Notes: a model not told the origin generated them from the letters alone. Shown: positions 42,376 to 55,851, counted from the stretch's first letter. The stretch is DNA of 64,000 nucleotides from Octopus vulgaris (GCA_951406725.2 OX597827.1:32364001-32428000); one strand, 5' to 3'. Numbers and translations: made by a program.

Positions 42376-43009
42376 TACTCAGAAAAGAAACACGGAGAGA
42401 AACAAGGAGAGAGAAAAAATGCGTGCAGAAGCTAGCGAATCAACATGGCGATCTGATTCCAGCCAGAAGTCAAAGATCAAATGTGAGACGCAAGAGCGAA
42501 AATAGGGGAGATAACAGAGTCAAATGACCACGCCCCAACATAAGGGTGTGTGTGTGTGTATGAGAGAGTATGTAGTGCGTATGAGAGGTCTGGACGTGTG
42601 TATGTATGTATGATTTGATGTGTAATGTCGTATGGTGTAGTGTAGAGAGAGGAGATGAGGGGGGATAAGGGGAGTAAGGGGGAGAGAGAGGAGAGGAGAG
42701 ATGAGGGGGGAAGAGAGGAGGGGGAGAGGGGGAGATAGGAAGGAAGGAAGGAAGGAAGGAGGAAGAGAGGAGGAGGGGGAAGGGAAGGAGGAGGGGAAGA
42801 GGAGGGGAAAAGGAAAGAGGAGAAGAGAATGGAGGATAGAGAGGGGGGAGAGAAGTGGAGTGAGGGAGCAGAGAGAAAGAGGGAAGGAGAAGAGGGAAGA
42901 AGAAAGAGGGAAGAAGGGAAGAGGAGGGAAAGAGAGTAGGGGTGAAAGGATGAAGGACTGAAGAGAAGTAGGGGTCGGGGGAGGTTAGATGAGGAGGGGG
43001 AGAGGGGGT

Positions 43010-44135
43010 TATATGTGGAGGGGGGAGAGTTGATAGCAAATGGCGTAAAAGAGCGAAGAGAGAAGATTAATTCCTGTTCACGGCGCAAACAGGAATCCGG
43101 ATGGCCTCTGTGCAAGGACAAACCGAACACAGACAGGTGTTGCAAGGAGTGACCGGTGGAGCGGAAATGGCGTGAGACCGGTGTGTCGTTGGCAAGGCGG
43201 ATGTCACGGAGGTGTTCCGCGAACCGGTCAGCCAAGCGGCGTCCCGTTTGTCCGATATACAGGAAATGGCAGAGAGAGCAAGAGATGTAATAGATGATAT
43301 TGCTGGAGGTGCAGGTGAAGGAGTTGATGATGCGATAGGGTCGATGATGGGTGCCAGTGAGGAGGGTGGTGTTGGAGAGGTAAGGGCAAGTGCGGCAACG
43401 TGGGCGGGAGCAGGGGAACGAGCCAGGTTGGGAGGTAGGGTCAGGGAAGGAGCTGTGGACCAAAATGTCTCGTAGGTTATGGGCTCGTTTGAAGAAGGGG
43501 AGGGGTCGGTTAGGGAAGAGGTGTGAAGTGGACGGGTCGGACTGGAGATGCCGGAAAGCTCGAAGAATGGTGCGTTGGAGAGGTAGGGTCGTGGGGTGGT
43601 AAGTGAGGGGAAAAGGGAGGCGAGAGACTACAGGGCGGGTTCGGGGGGAGAGAGCAGATGCACGGTCTGTGGAACGTGCTCTGGCAAGGGCGGTGTGGAT
43701 AGTGGTGAGGGGGTATCCACGTAGGATGAAGTGGTGAGCCATGCGTTGAGACTGAGTCTCAAAGTCATGGTCGTCACTACAGAGCCTACGTAGACGGAGG
43801 AATTGGGAATAGGGGATGGAAAGCCTGGCGTGTTTTGGGTGGGAGGAAGAGAAGTTTAGGTATGAGTGTGAGTCTGTGTGTTTGTAGTGAATGGAGGTGG
43901 TAAGAGTGGAGTGATGAATGCTAACCGAAATGTCAAGGAAAGAGACAGAGGTGTTGGAGATAGTGGAGGTGAAGTGGAGGGCTGGATGGAAGGATTTTGG
44001 AGGAGCCGGGAGGAAAGGAGAAAGAGTTGAAAAGCCGGAGAGCATGGTTGGTATCGTGGATGTGGGAGGGAAGAGACGCCACTAGAGGGGCAAGGACACG
44101 GTCGAGGTATTTAGAGATGAGCTCCGTGGGGCAGT
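43010..44135 (-). pseudogene. PLE RT-thumb plus GIY-YIG endonuclease coding remnant
   Basis: Part of ORF 42477..44045; the RT catalytic core is absent. Confidence 0.9.
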
Positions 44136-44806
44136 ATGCATGTACGTATGTATGTATATATATCTACATGCATATAGACAGACATACATACATACATACA
44201 TACATACATACATACATACATACATACATACATACATACATGTATAAGTATGGAAGCCTTTATTTGTTTGTGATATGTAGGAAGTGAGGCGTAAATGAAT
44301 ATTAGTGTGTGGGTGGTGGGGAGGAGAGTTCTTGGCATTTCTTGTTTTGTTATTTTGTCTTTGCTGTTTGTTGTTTTTTTGTTATCGCATTCATGTTGTT
44401 GTGTGTGCGATATGAAGGCTGTCTATGTGTATATATATATATGTCTGTAGAAAGTAATATACGATATACATAACATATATCTACATGAATTTCATATATA
44501 TAATATATATACGTATATGCATATATATATGTATATGCATACATATATATACACACACACATACACACCTCTATATATGTATGTATGTGTGAATGTATAT
44601 ATATCTATGTATGTATGTATGTATGCATGCATGCATGCATGCATGTATGTATGTATGTATGTATGTATGTATGTATGTATGCAAGAATGTATGTATGTCT
44701 GTAAGTATATATATATATATGTATAAACTTAGATATGTTTCGACCAAAGATTGGTCCAGGCCATGTCTAACTTAATAGCACCACCTGATGTAATGGACGT
44801 AAGTGG

Positions 44807-44810
44807 ATAA

Positions 44811-44843
<33 letters not shown>

Positions 44844-44844
44844 G

Positions 44845-44902
<58 letters not shown>

Positions 44903-44911
44903 ATAAACAGG

Positions 44912-44959
<48 letters not shown>

Positions 44960-44976
44960 GAGACAGACAGACAGAT
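44807..44976. repeat. (GATA)n/(GACA)n microsatellite
   Basis: Abuts the Tx1 3' end. Confidence 0.95.
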
Positions 44977-45334
44977 ATGTTTCTTTATTAGCCACACAGG
45001 GCTGCACACAGACAGAACAAATTACAAGGTAGAGCTTTTCTTTTGGGGGTAAAAAAAGGGGGTTTGGTTTTCGATCAAAAGGGGTCGTAAAGGGAAAGAA
45101 AGAGGACAAAAAAGGGGGGAATAAAATTTTTTTTTTAAAAGGGGGGGAAGGGAAAGGAAAAAAATTGATCAATAGGGATCGTTATCACAGAAATGTCAAT
45201 ATGAAGTGTAAAGGGGAGGACAGGTGAGGTTTACCCGTGGAAAGAAAAGACCACGGTAACCTCGGTCAATGAAGTCACATGTTATATTTCTTTTTTTTTT
45301 TGCAAATAAGCAACTCTGTATTAATTTTTACGGT

Positions 45335-48300
45335 TCATAGAATCATAGTCAAGGTGGCTTCGTAATTCATACGTGCCATCCTTGCTACATTCACCCATCT
45401 TTTTTTAAAACATTCACTAGACAAAACTTGCCTCTCTACTCTCACTTTCCTCTTCAAGTGATACTTGAAGAAGTTGATGAGAGATTGACCCGAGAGGAAA
45501 GTGTTTGTCTCTAATCCTTTCAGGCGCGTCCACCAGATACATTCTTTCGCCATAGCCACAAGTATGATAAAAATAGCTCTTCCTTCCCGTTTGAAGGAAG
45601 GAGGCGCGACGATATTAACGATAGACTCGACTGATAAACCGACACGTCCCACACGTGACAGCAGTCGTTCGACATAAGCCCACAGGTCGGAAATTGCTGG
45701 ACACTGCACGATTGCGTGCAGAGCGGTTTCGTCGCTCTGCCCGCATCTCGGGCAGGTCGGCCCCGTGTTTCTCGAGCCATGCCTATAGAGCTTATCCCGA
45801 ACGGGTAGCGCTTCTCGGTAGCACCGCCAGGCCAGGGATCTCTGGAAGTTGTCCATAGGTCCCGGCCCGAAAGTCGTTTCAAACAGGCTGGTCAGGTATT
45901 CCTCGTCGACGCCCAGGTTTGCCCCAAGATCGTCGTCGTACCTCCCCTTCACTAATCCCCTATAGAATACTTTGATTGTGTTGAAGTCACTCAAGGTCGA
46001 CCCAGGACGGCAGAGTTGCTTGAGAGCAACGCGACACTCGCGGTGCCATTCGCCCTTCCTTGGCCTCTTTTTGATCCACGACTGCAGTTCGGTCATGGAG
46101 ACGAGCTGCGGGAAAGCGTGCCTCACAAACGGCGACCACACCTGTTCACCGTCGTCTACATAGAGCCGGAGATGTCGCAGTCTCAGTGCATGTCTGCGCA
46201 TCATCAACCACGGCATGCCCAGCCCTTCTTTTAACGGGTGTTGACGGCAAATGGATCGCCTGACCATCGGGACGCATCCTTTCCACAAGAAGCGGAAGAG
46301 AATGCGTTCTAGTTTGGTGATGGTAGGGTCGGGACAAGGTACGACGGTCAGACGGTAGTAGATGATGGACGCGATGTACGTGTTCGCCACCTCCGCCCGA
46401 CCTTTTAGGGACAGTTTCCTCTCGGCCCATTGCCGGGCGAGAGTGACCACCCTACTCGTTATCTCGTCCCAGTTCTTCTCCATTTGGAGGTCCGGACCGA
46501 ACCAGACCCCGAGCAACTCAACCGGGCCGTCCGTCCAGCGTCCCACGACGGAGGTACTGGTGGACGGCATGGGCTTACGTCTCCAGGTGCCGAGCCGCAA
46601 GCCCACTGACTTTTCCCGGTTGATTTTTGCTCCTGTCACCGCTTCGTAGTCTTTCAGTGTCTCGCCGATCAGCTCGATGTGCTCCTGGCTTGACACTATG
46701 GCGGTGACGTCGTCCGCGTATGCAGACACGCTCGTCCCGCATCCCAATTCTCGCGGGATGCCCCTCAGAGTCGCCAGCTTCCGCAGTAGTGGCTCAAGAG
46801 TCAATACGTATAGAAGCGAAAGAGGGGGCATCCCTGACGGACCGAACGTGCAACGTCGAAAGGTCTCGATAGATGTCCATTTACGCGAATTACCGAACGG
46901 ATGCCTCTGTACAAGGCAGCTATCCAGCCGCGGAAGACGGGACCGAAACCAGCCGCTCTCAGGACTGCCTCCAAGTATCGATGGTCTACCCTATCGAAGG
47001 CTTTCGATTGATCCAAGTTGATCAGGGCCCCACCCATGCCAGGTTCCTTAACTACTCTGTCTATGATGTAGCGCATCAGATTGAGGTTGTCATGGATGCT
47101 CCGGCCCGGCATGGCGCACGTTTGTGCGTTGTCGACCAGTTTCTCGATGACAAGCGCCAACCTCTTGGCTAACACCTTTGTCAAAATTTTTAGGTCTGCA
47201 TTGAGCAGAGTGATTGGTCTAAAGTTATCTATAATGTTCCCCTTGTTTGGATCTTTCTTCAGCAGCGTTACGGCTCCTCGACTCACAAAACCGGGTATGC
47301 TTCCGTTTTGCTGCCAGTTGCAGTATACCACTGCCAAGATGTCTCCAAACAAGTCTGGCATACAATTGTAAAACTCGTAGGGCAGACCATCCAAACCCTG
47401 CGATTTGTCCCTCGAGCGTTCTGCCATCGCGTCCCGCACATCCGCCGCCGTGATGGCACCTTCGCAGCACTCTGCCTCTCTTGCCGAGAGTCGTGGTAGG
47501 CTGTGCAGGTAAGCACTGAAGTCCGCCCTACGTTCACGCTCACCACTCGTCCCGTACAGTCGGGCAAACTGCCGCTGAAATGTCTCGCACATCTTGCTGG
47601 GCTCGAGCAATTCGCGCCTTTGTTCATCTACCAGAGACCGAATGGTGGCTTTGTTGCCCTGCTGCGCCTCCGCCATCCGGGCCTCCCTCGCGGCTCCAAC
47701 ACCTTCCATCCTTAGAGCACGCATCCTAGGCCTGACAGCACACCCTTCGTGTTTGGCGTTGGTCAAGGGCCAACCTCGCCGCTAAAACGTCGGATGTGAT
47801 GCCGCTTCTTATTGCCTCTTCTAACTTCTTAACTAACTCACCCTCCACTCTATTTCTATCTACGGCTAGTGCCTTGCTATATCTAATTGCTTCCGCTTTT
47901 ACTGCTTTCTTGAGGGCGAACCACCATTTGTTGTTGACAATGACTCCCGTTAAAGCCCTTTTTACTAACGTGTTGATTCTGTCTCTGAAAACCTGTCTGG
48001 ATGGGAAAGATGCGTTCAGTTTCCAGTAACCAGGACCCTGTCTATGTGCCTTATCTAAGTCTAGCGTACACGTCACGAATTTGTGATCCGTGTAGCTGAC
48101 TGTGTGGAATTGTGGACATCCTAAGTTATCCCTGTCTACTGTCCTACACAGTATCCTATCTAGATACGATCTCGACGACCCACTGCGGTTGCTCCATGTC
48201 CACGTTGGTGCATTTGGGTGGTCGAGTCGGTACTTGTCAGACAGTTGGAATCGTCTGAGCAGGTCCCTGAGGCATTTGCATCCCCTTCTGTTTTTGTCTC

Positions 48301-48763
48301 TCCCCACATAGTCTAGATGCGTGTCCAAGGTAGCATTCCAATCCCCCACTAAAAGTAAAGGACGAGATGTTCCCAGGAATACTTCTAGACGTCGAAAGAA
48401 ATCCGGCCGACCTGTTAAAGGGGGTGCGTAGACTGATACGAGTCGAAAAGGGCACCCATTGCTGCCGTCGACATCCAGAACGACCAGTCTACCCACCGGG
48501 TCTACGAATATCGTCTTGACTTCGAGATCCAGGCTCTTGTGAAAAAGTACCGCGGTGCCACTACCGCCCATCCTCGGCAGACAGAGAGCAAAATAAATGT
48601 TAAACTGTCCGCCAAACATGGACTTTAGGGCCCGTGGCTCGTGGAGTCTGGTCTCACTTATGGCTATGATTCCCAAATCGTGTGACTTGATGTCATTTAG
48701 GAGGTATCCTTGTTTCCAAGGAGACCCCAAGCCACGCGCATTCACACAACCAATCTTGACCAT
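45335..48763 (-). pseudogene. LINE ORF2 (APE endonuclease, reverse transcriptase, C-terminal Zn finger) in three frames
   Basis: VNARGL, ISETRL, VSVYAP, GDWN, SYLDRI, TDH; GLDGLP, FRPITLLNAD.K, LDQSKAFDRV, VRQGCP, YADD; CPRC..ETALHAIVQC. Confidence 0.95.
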
Positions 48764-48767
48764 GATT

Positions 48768-50597
48768 CTATTGGGGTGTGTGCTTTAAAACACAAAAAGG
48801 AAGGTAGAGAGAGTTACTTACTTGTGTCGAAAGTTTTGGCTTCCTCATCCTTTGATGTGTCTTGGAGGAGGTTTTTATAGAGTTTTTGTGACAGGTATTT
48901 TTGGAACCCCCCAACCGCATTTGGAAAGAGGGCTTTGAGTGTGTGGTGTTGTGTTTGTGTGATGTGTAGTATTTTGATGTGTTTTGGTGGTGTGGTGCGT
49001 GGATGGTTGTTAGTTTTGAAGTCATCTTCACAGATGTTTGTGTGGGCTGTGATGTACTCCATTAGTTTGGAGTCTTTGGTGTCTATCGCTGATAGCATTG
49101 TGTGTGTTTTTGTGGTGTTGGTGCTTGTTTGGTTGTGTGTGGAGCTTTCAGGGTTCAGGTATCTCCCTGCTTTGGTTGCGCTTTCTTGTTTGTTTGTTTT
49201 TTCTTTTTCTTTTACCCCCGGTGGCTATTTGCCATTCTGTCGAACTTTCGTCGTCCGACAAATCAGAAGGGGGTAAAGGCAAAGCATTTGCGTTAATATG
49301 TATGTTTGTAGAAATTGTTGATGTTTTGTGCGGTGTTTGTGTTGTTGGGGTGTTAGGGGTAGAATTTGTCTTCTCGTCACTGTTTTCTGTGGGGGTTTTT
49401 TGTTGTCGTCCTTGGTGCTGGTGTTGGTCTACCTTTTGATGTTGTTTCAGTATGTTGAATTGGTTGCGACGTCAACGGTGATTGTGTTGGTGCTGTTTCT
49501 TTTCTTGGTGATGTTGTTGGGGTTTGTTTGCTGGTTTGTTGTTTTTCTTGGCATTGTTCCATCATTGAGTGTGGTGTTGGTGTTGGTGTTGGTGTTGGCA
49601 ACAAAGGTTTTTTGTTTGTTTTCTGATTTGTTCTTTCTTGTTTTCTCTCTGCCAGAACGCACTTGGCGATTAAATGTTCTGGGCTGCCACAGTTGTAGCA
49701 TCTAGGCTTTTTGCCTTCTGCTACAACATATAGGCTTTGCCCATTTTCTAAGTGGATCCTATCAGGTAGGTTCTCGATAGAGGCCCCCTCAATCTAGATG
49801 GTCACTACTATTGTTTTTCCACCCCCAATTGTCGTTTAGGTATACGGCAGTCTCTAAAATATTTATAGTTTTCAAATGGTAACAGATTACCCCTGTTATC
49901 CATTTGTTAGGAATCTCGGGGGGTACATTTTTAATAGTAATTCTACTCACTCTCTGGCCTTTGTAGTATGGTACCATGATGATTTCATCATTTTCCAAAG
50001 ACTCGGTAGAGTGAGCTTTTGCCACTTCCTGGTTATGGAAGCGGACCACCACTGTATTAAACTGGGGACCCCAGTTTATATATTCTTTTACTTTCATTAT
50101 GCCTTTTGCACACTTTTCAATGTCCGTTTTTGTGATCTGTTCATTTTGTTTTTTGGGTTTTTTTTAAATTTTATATATAATTGTTTGGTTTTCTATTTGT
50201 TCCTTTATGTGTTGAGGTGTATGCAATACTAAATCTTGCCCTTGGGTTGTGAAGAGTGATCTTGTCTCTATCAACTCTTCATTCGTGAACTGTATAATTT
50301 CTTTTTTCTGACGCAGAGTGTCAGCGAAATTTACTTTTATATTCTGGCAGTTGTTGTCTTTGTGTGTTTGTGTTGTTGTATCCGAAATATTCTTGGGCGT
50401 GGCTTTTCCAGGTATTGTTGAATCTGTTATGATAATATATTCACCATTTGATGGTAAAATATTTATTTCATTTTTGTTGTTGTTGTTGTTGTTGTTGTTG
50501 TCTTTGTTAATTGTATTTGCGTTATTTTCATTTTTATCATTTATGTTGGTGGTGGTGGTGGTGGTGGTGAAAGTGGTGGTGGTGAAAGTGGTGGTGG
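48768..50597 (-). pseudogene. LINE ORF1 remnant (gag-like zinc knuckle)
   Basis: CYNCGSPEHLIAKC at 49659-49700; RITIKNVPPEI; fragmented; stop codon 4 nt before the ORF2 ATG. Confidence 0.8.
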
Positions 50598-50616
50598 TGG
50601 AGGTGGTGGTTGTGGG

Positions 50617-50700
<84 letters not shown>

Positions 50701-50730
50701 TATATAGACAGACAGACATATAGATAGATA

Positions 50731-51324
50731 ACTTTTTATTGTGGCCACACAGGGCTAAACACAGAATAAAAATGGACGAAATACAATGTAGAGTTTTTTT
50801 CTTTTCGAGGTGGGATGGGTGGGACACAAAGAAAAAAAAAACGTTCGATCAATAGGGATCTGTGGGTTGTGTGGTGTATAAAAATATAATATACATATAT
50901 AAATAAAGTTCACAGTTAAGGTGTAGCCCTGGAAAGAAAAACCTACAAAAAAGACCAAGGTCACCTCAGACAGTTCGAAAATGAACATATGAGTAAGTCA
51001 CCTTAGCTCTCGTTGTCTCTTTTGGTTACAGATTTACGCTTAAAATAGTGCCGTCTTTCATACTGACCATTTTTGCCACTTTTACCCACTTTTTATTAAA
51101 ACATTCGTTCGACAAAGCCTTCCTCTCTATTCTCATCCTCCTTTTCAAGTGGTACTTGAAAAAGTTGACGAGAGACTGACCAGAGAGGAAGGTGTTTGTT
51201 TGCAGTCCTTTCAAACGCGTCCACCACACACATTCTTTCGCCATAGCCATCAGCGTAACGAAAACCGTTTTCCCTTCCCGTTTAAAGGAAGGTGGTGGAA
51301 CAATATTCACGATAGACTCGGCCG
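50731..51324 (-). mobile_element. 5'-truncated Tx1-type LINE of a related subfamily
   Basis: PPSFKREGK..MAKECVWWTRLKGL..FFKYHLKR; flanked by (GATA)n at 50598-50730 and 51325-51432. Confidence 0.92.
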
Positions 51325-51432
<108 letters not shown>

Positions 51433-51624
51433 GGGAAAAGGCATATAAGAACGCTATCCAAGCTGAATTCCTGAATTCCTCTGGAGGTCATTGCAAACCA
51501 ATTAAGACATCCATAAACTGAACTCTACGATGAGGGACAACAGAAGAAAATCGAATCAACAGAACAAACATATCTATTATATTATATATGTATTTCATTA
51601 TATAATATATGTACCATATAACTT

Positions 51625-51684
<60 letters not shown>

Positions 51685-51735
51685 TATATATATATATTTA
51701 TGTATATAATTGTGTATGTGTCATATATCTACTAC

Positions 51736-51767
<32 letters not shown>

Positions 51768-51808
51768 ATGTGTGTGTGTATGTGTGTAATTATATATATA
51801 TATATATA

Positions 51809-51858
51809 TGTTTCTTTATTAGCCACACAGGGCTGCACACAGACAGGACAAATTACAT
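51809..51858 (-). mobile_element. Tx1 3'-terminal 50-bp fragment
   Basis: Nearly identical to 44979-45028. Confidence 0.8.
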
Positions 51859-52559
51859 ATATATATATTATCTGTATTATATGATCATAAATATTTACTA
51901 TATTAAATATGTAGTATCATTTATATATATATGTGTGTGTGTAGGTATGTATCATATTATATGTATTTTACTATTATATATGTATTATATGATAATATAT
52001 GTATTGTATTGTGTTATATATGTCCCTGAGTACAATCAGTAATTCACAAAGGAAAATATATCATCGACAACAAGGAGAGGAAAAAATTCTTCCGAGGCGA
52101 AGAACAAAGACTCTAAGTCGATGTAAGAGGGGAAAAAAGGTAAACCACTGTGACAGAGAGAGCGGGAGAGATGCTGGAGAGAGAGCAGAGGGGAAAAGGG
52201 AGAGGTTATAAAGGCGGAAGACTAAATACGTATTATTAGGGAGATCGCTTTTTAATGGCAAGAAAATCTAATGGTCGCAGGAAATTGTTCGATGGCAATC
52301 AGTGAAACTAGGGTTTCAGAAAATTAAAAAATAAAGAAAACCACCATCGTATTTCGTAGCAATTTGTTAAAGAAACAGCTTCAGTTTATAATGAAATAGG
52401 GTCAGTTTTTGCTCTCGTTGTTGTTTGTTGTCTTTATTTTATTTATCCTTTACTTGTTTCAGTCATTGGACTGCGGACATGCTGGGGCACCATCTTGAAG
52501 AGTTATTATAATGGTGGTAGTCTCACACAGTCTGCGAAAGACGGTTCTGCATTTTCTCG

Positions 52560-52800
52560 CCGAACAACCTGCACAAATGATTTTGTTTACAATAATCAAA
52601 CGTATGTGTTGTACATTAGCTCAATCTCTCCATCAAATCGACTTTACCTGAACAGGTGCACGGTGCGCCACGTGTAAGATGTCGAAGTGATCGCAGAGCA
52701 ACGTGAGATGAAGTGTTTTGCTCAAGAACACAATGCCTCACTCGGTCCAAGAATTGAAACCACACTGTCGCGACCGGGAGTGTGCGCTCTAACTATCCGC
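52560..52800 (-). mobile_element. family D SINE, degenerate
   Basis: GATGTCGAAGTGATCGCAGAGCAACG..TGCTCAAGAACACAA is the reverse complement of 2660-2730. Confidence 0.7.
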
Positions 52801-52897
52801 CAGATGTTGCTAAAATGGCGGGCATAAGGGAATATAAATAAAAGAGACTCGTTATCGTCTGAAATGTTACATCCATATATGGTCGCCTTGTAATATT

Positions 52898-53480
52898 CTT
52901 TTTTACTCTAGGCACAAGGCCCGAAATTTGTGGGGAAGGGGCCAGTCGATTAGATCTGGTACTTAATTTATCAGCATCGAAAGGATGAAAGGCAAAGTCG
53001 ACCTCGGCGGAATTTGATCTCAGAACGTAAAGACAGACGAAATACCGCTGAAAACTTCGCCCGACGTGCTAATGTGTCTGCCAGGTCGCCGCCTTAGTCG
53101 GCTCGTAATATTAAACTCACTATTAAATTGAAAGTAATCCAATCTGCTTTACATTAAACGAGTTGCGGATTTGATTGGCGTGTTTATTGCGTTAGAGAAG
53201 TAATTTATATCTGGCAGTTCATAAAAGGATTACTTTCAGACGTTAACATCAAAACCTGTGCAGATACTTGGACTGGACCCCCTATATAATAATGGCTTCA
53301 GATTTAGGTACAAAACCAGCAGTTTCGGAGAAGGGTCAGTCGATTACATTGACTCCAGTGCTTAACTGGTACTTGTTTTATTGACCCCCGAGAGGATGAA
53401 AGGCAAAGTCGACGCCGGCGGCATTCGAACTCAGAGTATAAAGACGTAGAAACGTCGCTAAAGCCTTTTGCCCGGCGCGC
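52898..53480 (-). mobile_element. two family B SINEs (52898-53094, 53295-53480)
   Basis: GGATGAAAGGCAAAGTCGAC motif in both. Confidence 0.85.
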
Positions 53481-53969
53481 TTAGAAGTGTTTGCGCGATC
53501 ATTTGATCTCCAAGAAACTGCGATCAAACTTCCTTCAAATACCATTCCACTGTCTTCAATAAGGATTAAATATGCGGGATAAATTAATATTGAATATAAT
53601 GCACAAAACCAAAAAACAAGTGGAGATTGTCGTGGTTCGAGGGTTGATGGAACGCTGTTTCATCGACACGGGGAAATGCTTTTTACATGTGCGAAAGCCG
53701 TAAAAGAACATCAGTGAGTACAACTTTACAGGAAACGGGTGTCAAAGCTCCTAGAAATGTGAGACCCCAACAAAATTTTTAAAATATTCACACATTTTTC
53801 CACCAAACAACATCATTGATAGATAATCTAGAAAAATATATGGCTTTACAGAATGACTCCAACAGCACCAACATCGACAATAACAGGAAGTTCTTTTGAC
53901 TTACGTCTCAACGTCACAAGATCGCATTTAAAAATAACGTGTCACACAAAAACACTTTGTAAACATGAC

Positions 53970-54338
53970 AATGCACACGCACACACATACAAACACACGT
54001 TCACATACATACAAACAAACGCACACACACACACACATGCATACAGTCACACATACACACACGCACACAAACATACATATGCATACACACATATACATGC
54101 ACACGCATACATATATACACACACATATATATATACATACACCCATACATACATACATACATACATACACACACACATATACATACATACACACACGCAT
54201 ACATACATACATACATACATACATACATACATGCATACACACACATACATTCATACACACTCATACATACGTACGTACACACACATACATATATACATAC
54301 ACATACATACATACACATACATACACACATATACATAC

Positions 54339-54369
<31 letters not shown>

Positions 54370-54378
54370 CATACATAC
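53970..54378. repeat. (CA)n/(CATA)n microsatellite
   Basis: Tandem arrays. Confidence 0.95.
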
Positions 54379-54581
54379 GCTCGTGCGAGTGAACAAACGA
54401 TATAAAATGGCACTCAACACATTTAGTCGGAGTCAAGCGTATCATATCATAATAATCCTTTCTACTCTAGGCACAAAGCCCGAAATTACTGGGGAGGGTG
54501 ATAGTGGATTACATCGACCCCAGCTGGTACTTATTTTATCGATAGTCAAACTATCATTAAACTAAATATATATATATATAT

Positions 54582-54790
54582 TGTTGTGTTGTGACCCCCT
54601 TCGATCATGAACGATCGTGGGATTGCACCTAGAAAGTTACCCTCCGAGGTTCAAGTCCGGGCAAGGTTGTTTATGGAAGGCCAGCAGTCACCCATGCATA
54701 CCAGCCTCCCTTCTCCACGCCACCAGTTTTATCCAAGGGAAAGGCAAAGGCCAATACAGCTTGGCACCAGTGACGTCACAGCTCACTTAT
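54582..54790 (-). mobile_element. SINE or RTE-related 3' fragment
   Basis: GC-rich segment ending (minus strand) GAAGGGGGTCACAACACAAC. Confidence 0.45.
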
Positions 54791-54799
54791 TAACGTACA

Positions 54800-55088
54800 A
54801 GTGGCTGAGCACTCCACAGATACGTGTACCCTTAACTTAGTTCTCGGGAAGATCTAGCGTTATACCAAGTGTGTCAAGGCTGGCCCTTTGAAATACAGGT
54901 ACAACAGAAACAGGAAGGAAGAGTGAGAGAAAGTTGTGATGAAAGAGTACAGCAGGGTTCACCACCAACACCATGCCGGAGCCTCGTGGAGCTTTAGATG
55001 TTTTCGCTCAATAAACACTCACAATGCCCGGTCTGGGAATCGAAACCGTGATCCTACGACCACGAGTCCGCTGCCCTAAACATTGGGC
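54800..55088 (-). mobile_element. family C SINE
   Basis: Reverse complement of 59540-59830. Confidence 0.85.
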
Positions 55089-55459
55089 AGAATTTGAACT
55101 CAGAACAAGAAGACGGACGAAATGCTGCTAAGCATTTTGCCTGGCGCGCTAACAATTCTGAGGCGGGTTTTAATTCAAATCACTACAAACAGGATGTTCG
55201 CATCATAGAAATAAAAGCGAGCGTCGGCCGGTTGGTATGAAGCGGGTTAAGCAGAGCTAAATGAAAACATTTAGTTAACAGACCTTAACACACCAGATGA
55301 TCCAGTAATAAATTATATTTGTAATATTATAGAACTAGAAGCCTAAATGAATTCTCAAGAAAGAAACAGAAGACAAATGATAATTTAGAATGTATCTCAA
55401 GACACTGACACATAAATAGATTATATATATATATATTATAATAAGAGATATATATATTC

Positions 55460-55851
55460 TTTTATTCTCTTAATTGTTTCAGTCTGTGGCCATGCTGGAA
55501 GCACCGCCTTTTAGTTGAAGAAATCGACCTCTAGACTTAGTCTTTGTAAGCCTGGTGCTTATTCTATCGATCTCTTCATTCGAATCGCTAAGTTACGGGG
55601 ACGTAAACTCACCAACATCGGTTGTCAAGCGATGGTGTGGGTGGACAAATACAGACACACAAACACACACACACATATACATTTACGACGGGTTTCTTTC
55701 AGTTTCCGTCTACCACATCCACTCACAAGGTTTTGGTTGGCCCGAGGCTATAGTAGAAGACACTTGCCCAAGGTGCCACATAGAAGTGGGACTGAACTTG
55801 GGACCATGTGGTTTGAAAGTAAGCTTCTTAGCACACAGCCAAACCTGCGCC
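55460..55851 (-). mobile_element. family A SINE
   Basis: Head, core and tail recognisable. Confidence 0.88.

Larger units (their letters stand above)
42241..44135 (-). mobile_element. Penelope-like retroelement (Neptune-type), truncated and internally deleted
   Basis: RT pieces CPTELISKYLD..DTNHAL and SFLDI..YKHTDSHSYL..SSHP; Cys linker CSRPRCRTC; GIY-YIG NIIYYISC..YIGQTGRRLADRFAEH..RREQELI; tail with hammerhead. Confidence 0.93.
44977..50597 (-). mobile_element. Tx1/L1-clade non-LTR retrotransposon, near full length, frameshifted
   Basis: ORF1 remnant with CCHC, ORF2 APE-RT-zinc finger, 3' UTR ending GCCCTGTGTGGCTAATAAAG before (TGTC/TATC)n. Confidence 0.95.

Noticed and set aside
42477-43010. 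Pro/Ser/Leu-rich C-terminal extension of the 522-aa ORF
   Set aside because: Read-through of a pyrimidine-rich low-complexity PLE tail
44079-44092. CCACTAGAGGGGCA as a CTCF site
   Set aside because: An extra G breaks the consensus spacing, and it lies inside PLE coding sequence
45520-48455. Alternative-frame and antisense ORFs within the Tx1 ORF2
   Set aside because: Expected by-products of GC-rich coding sequence; no motifs
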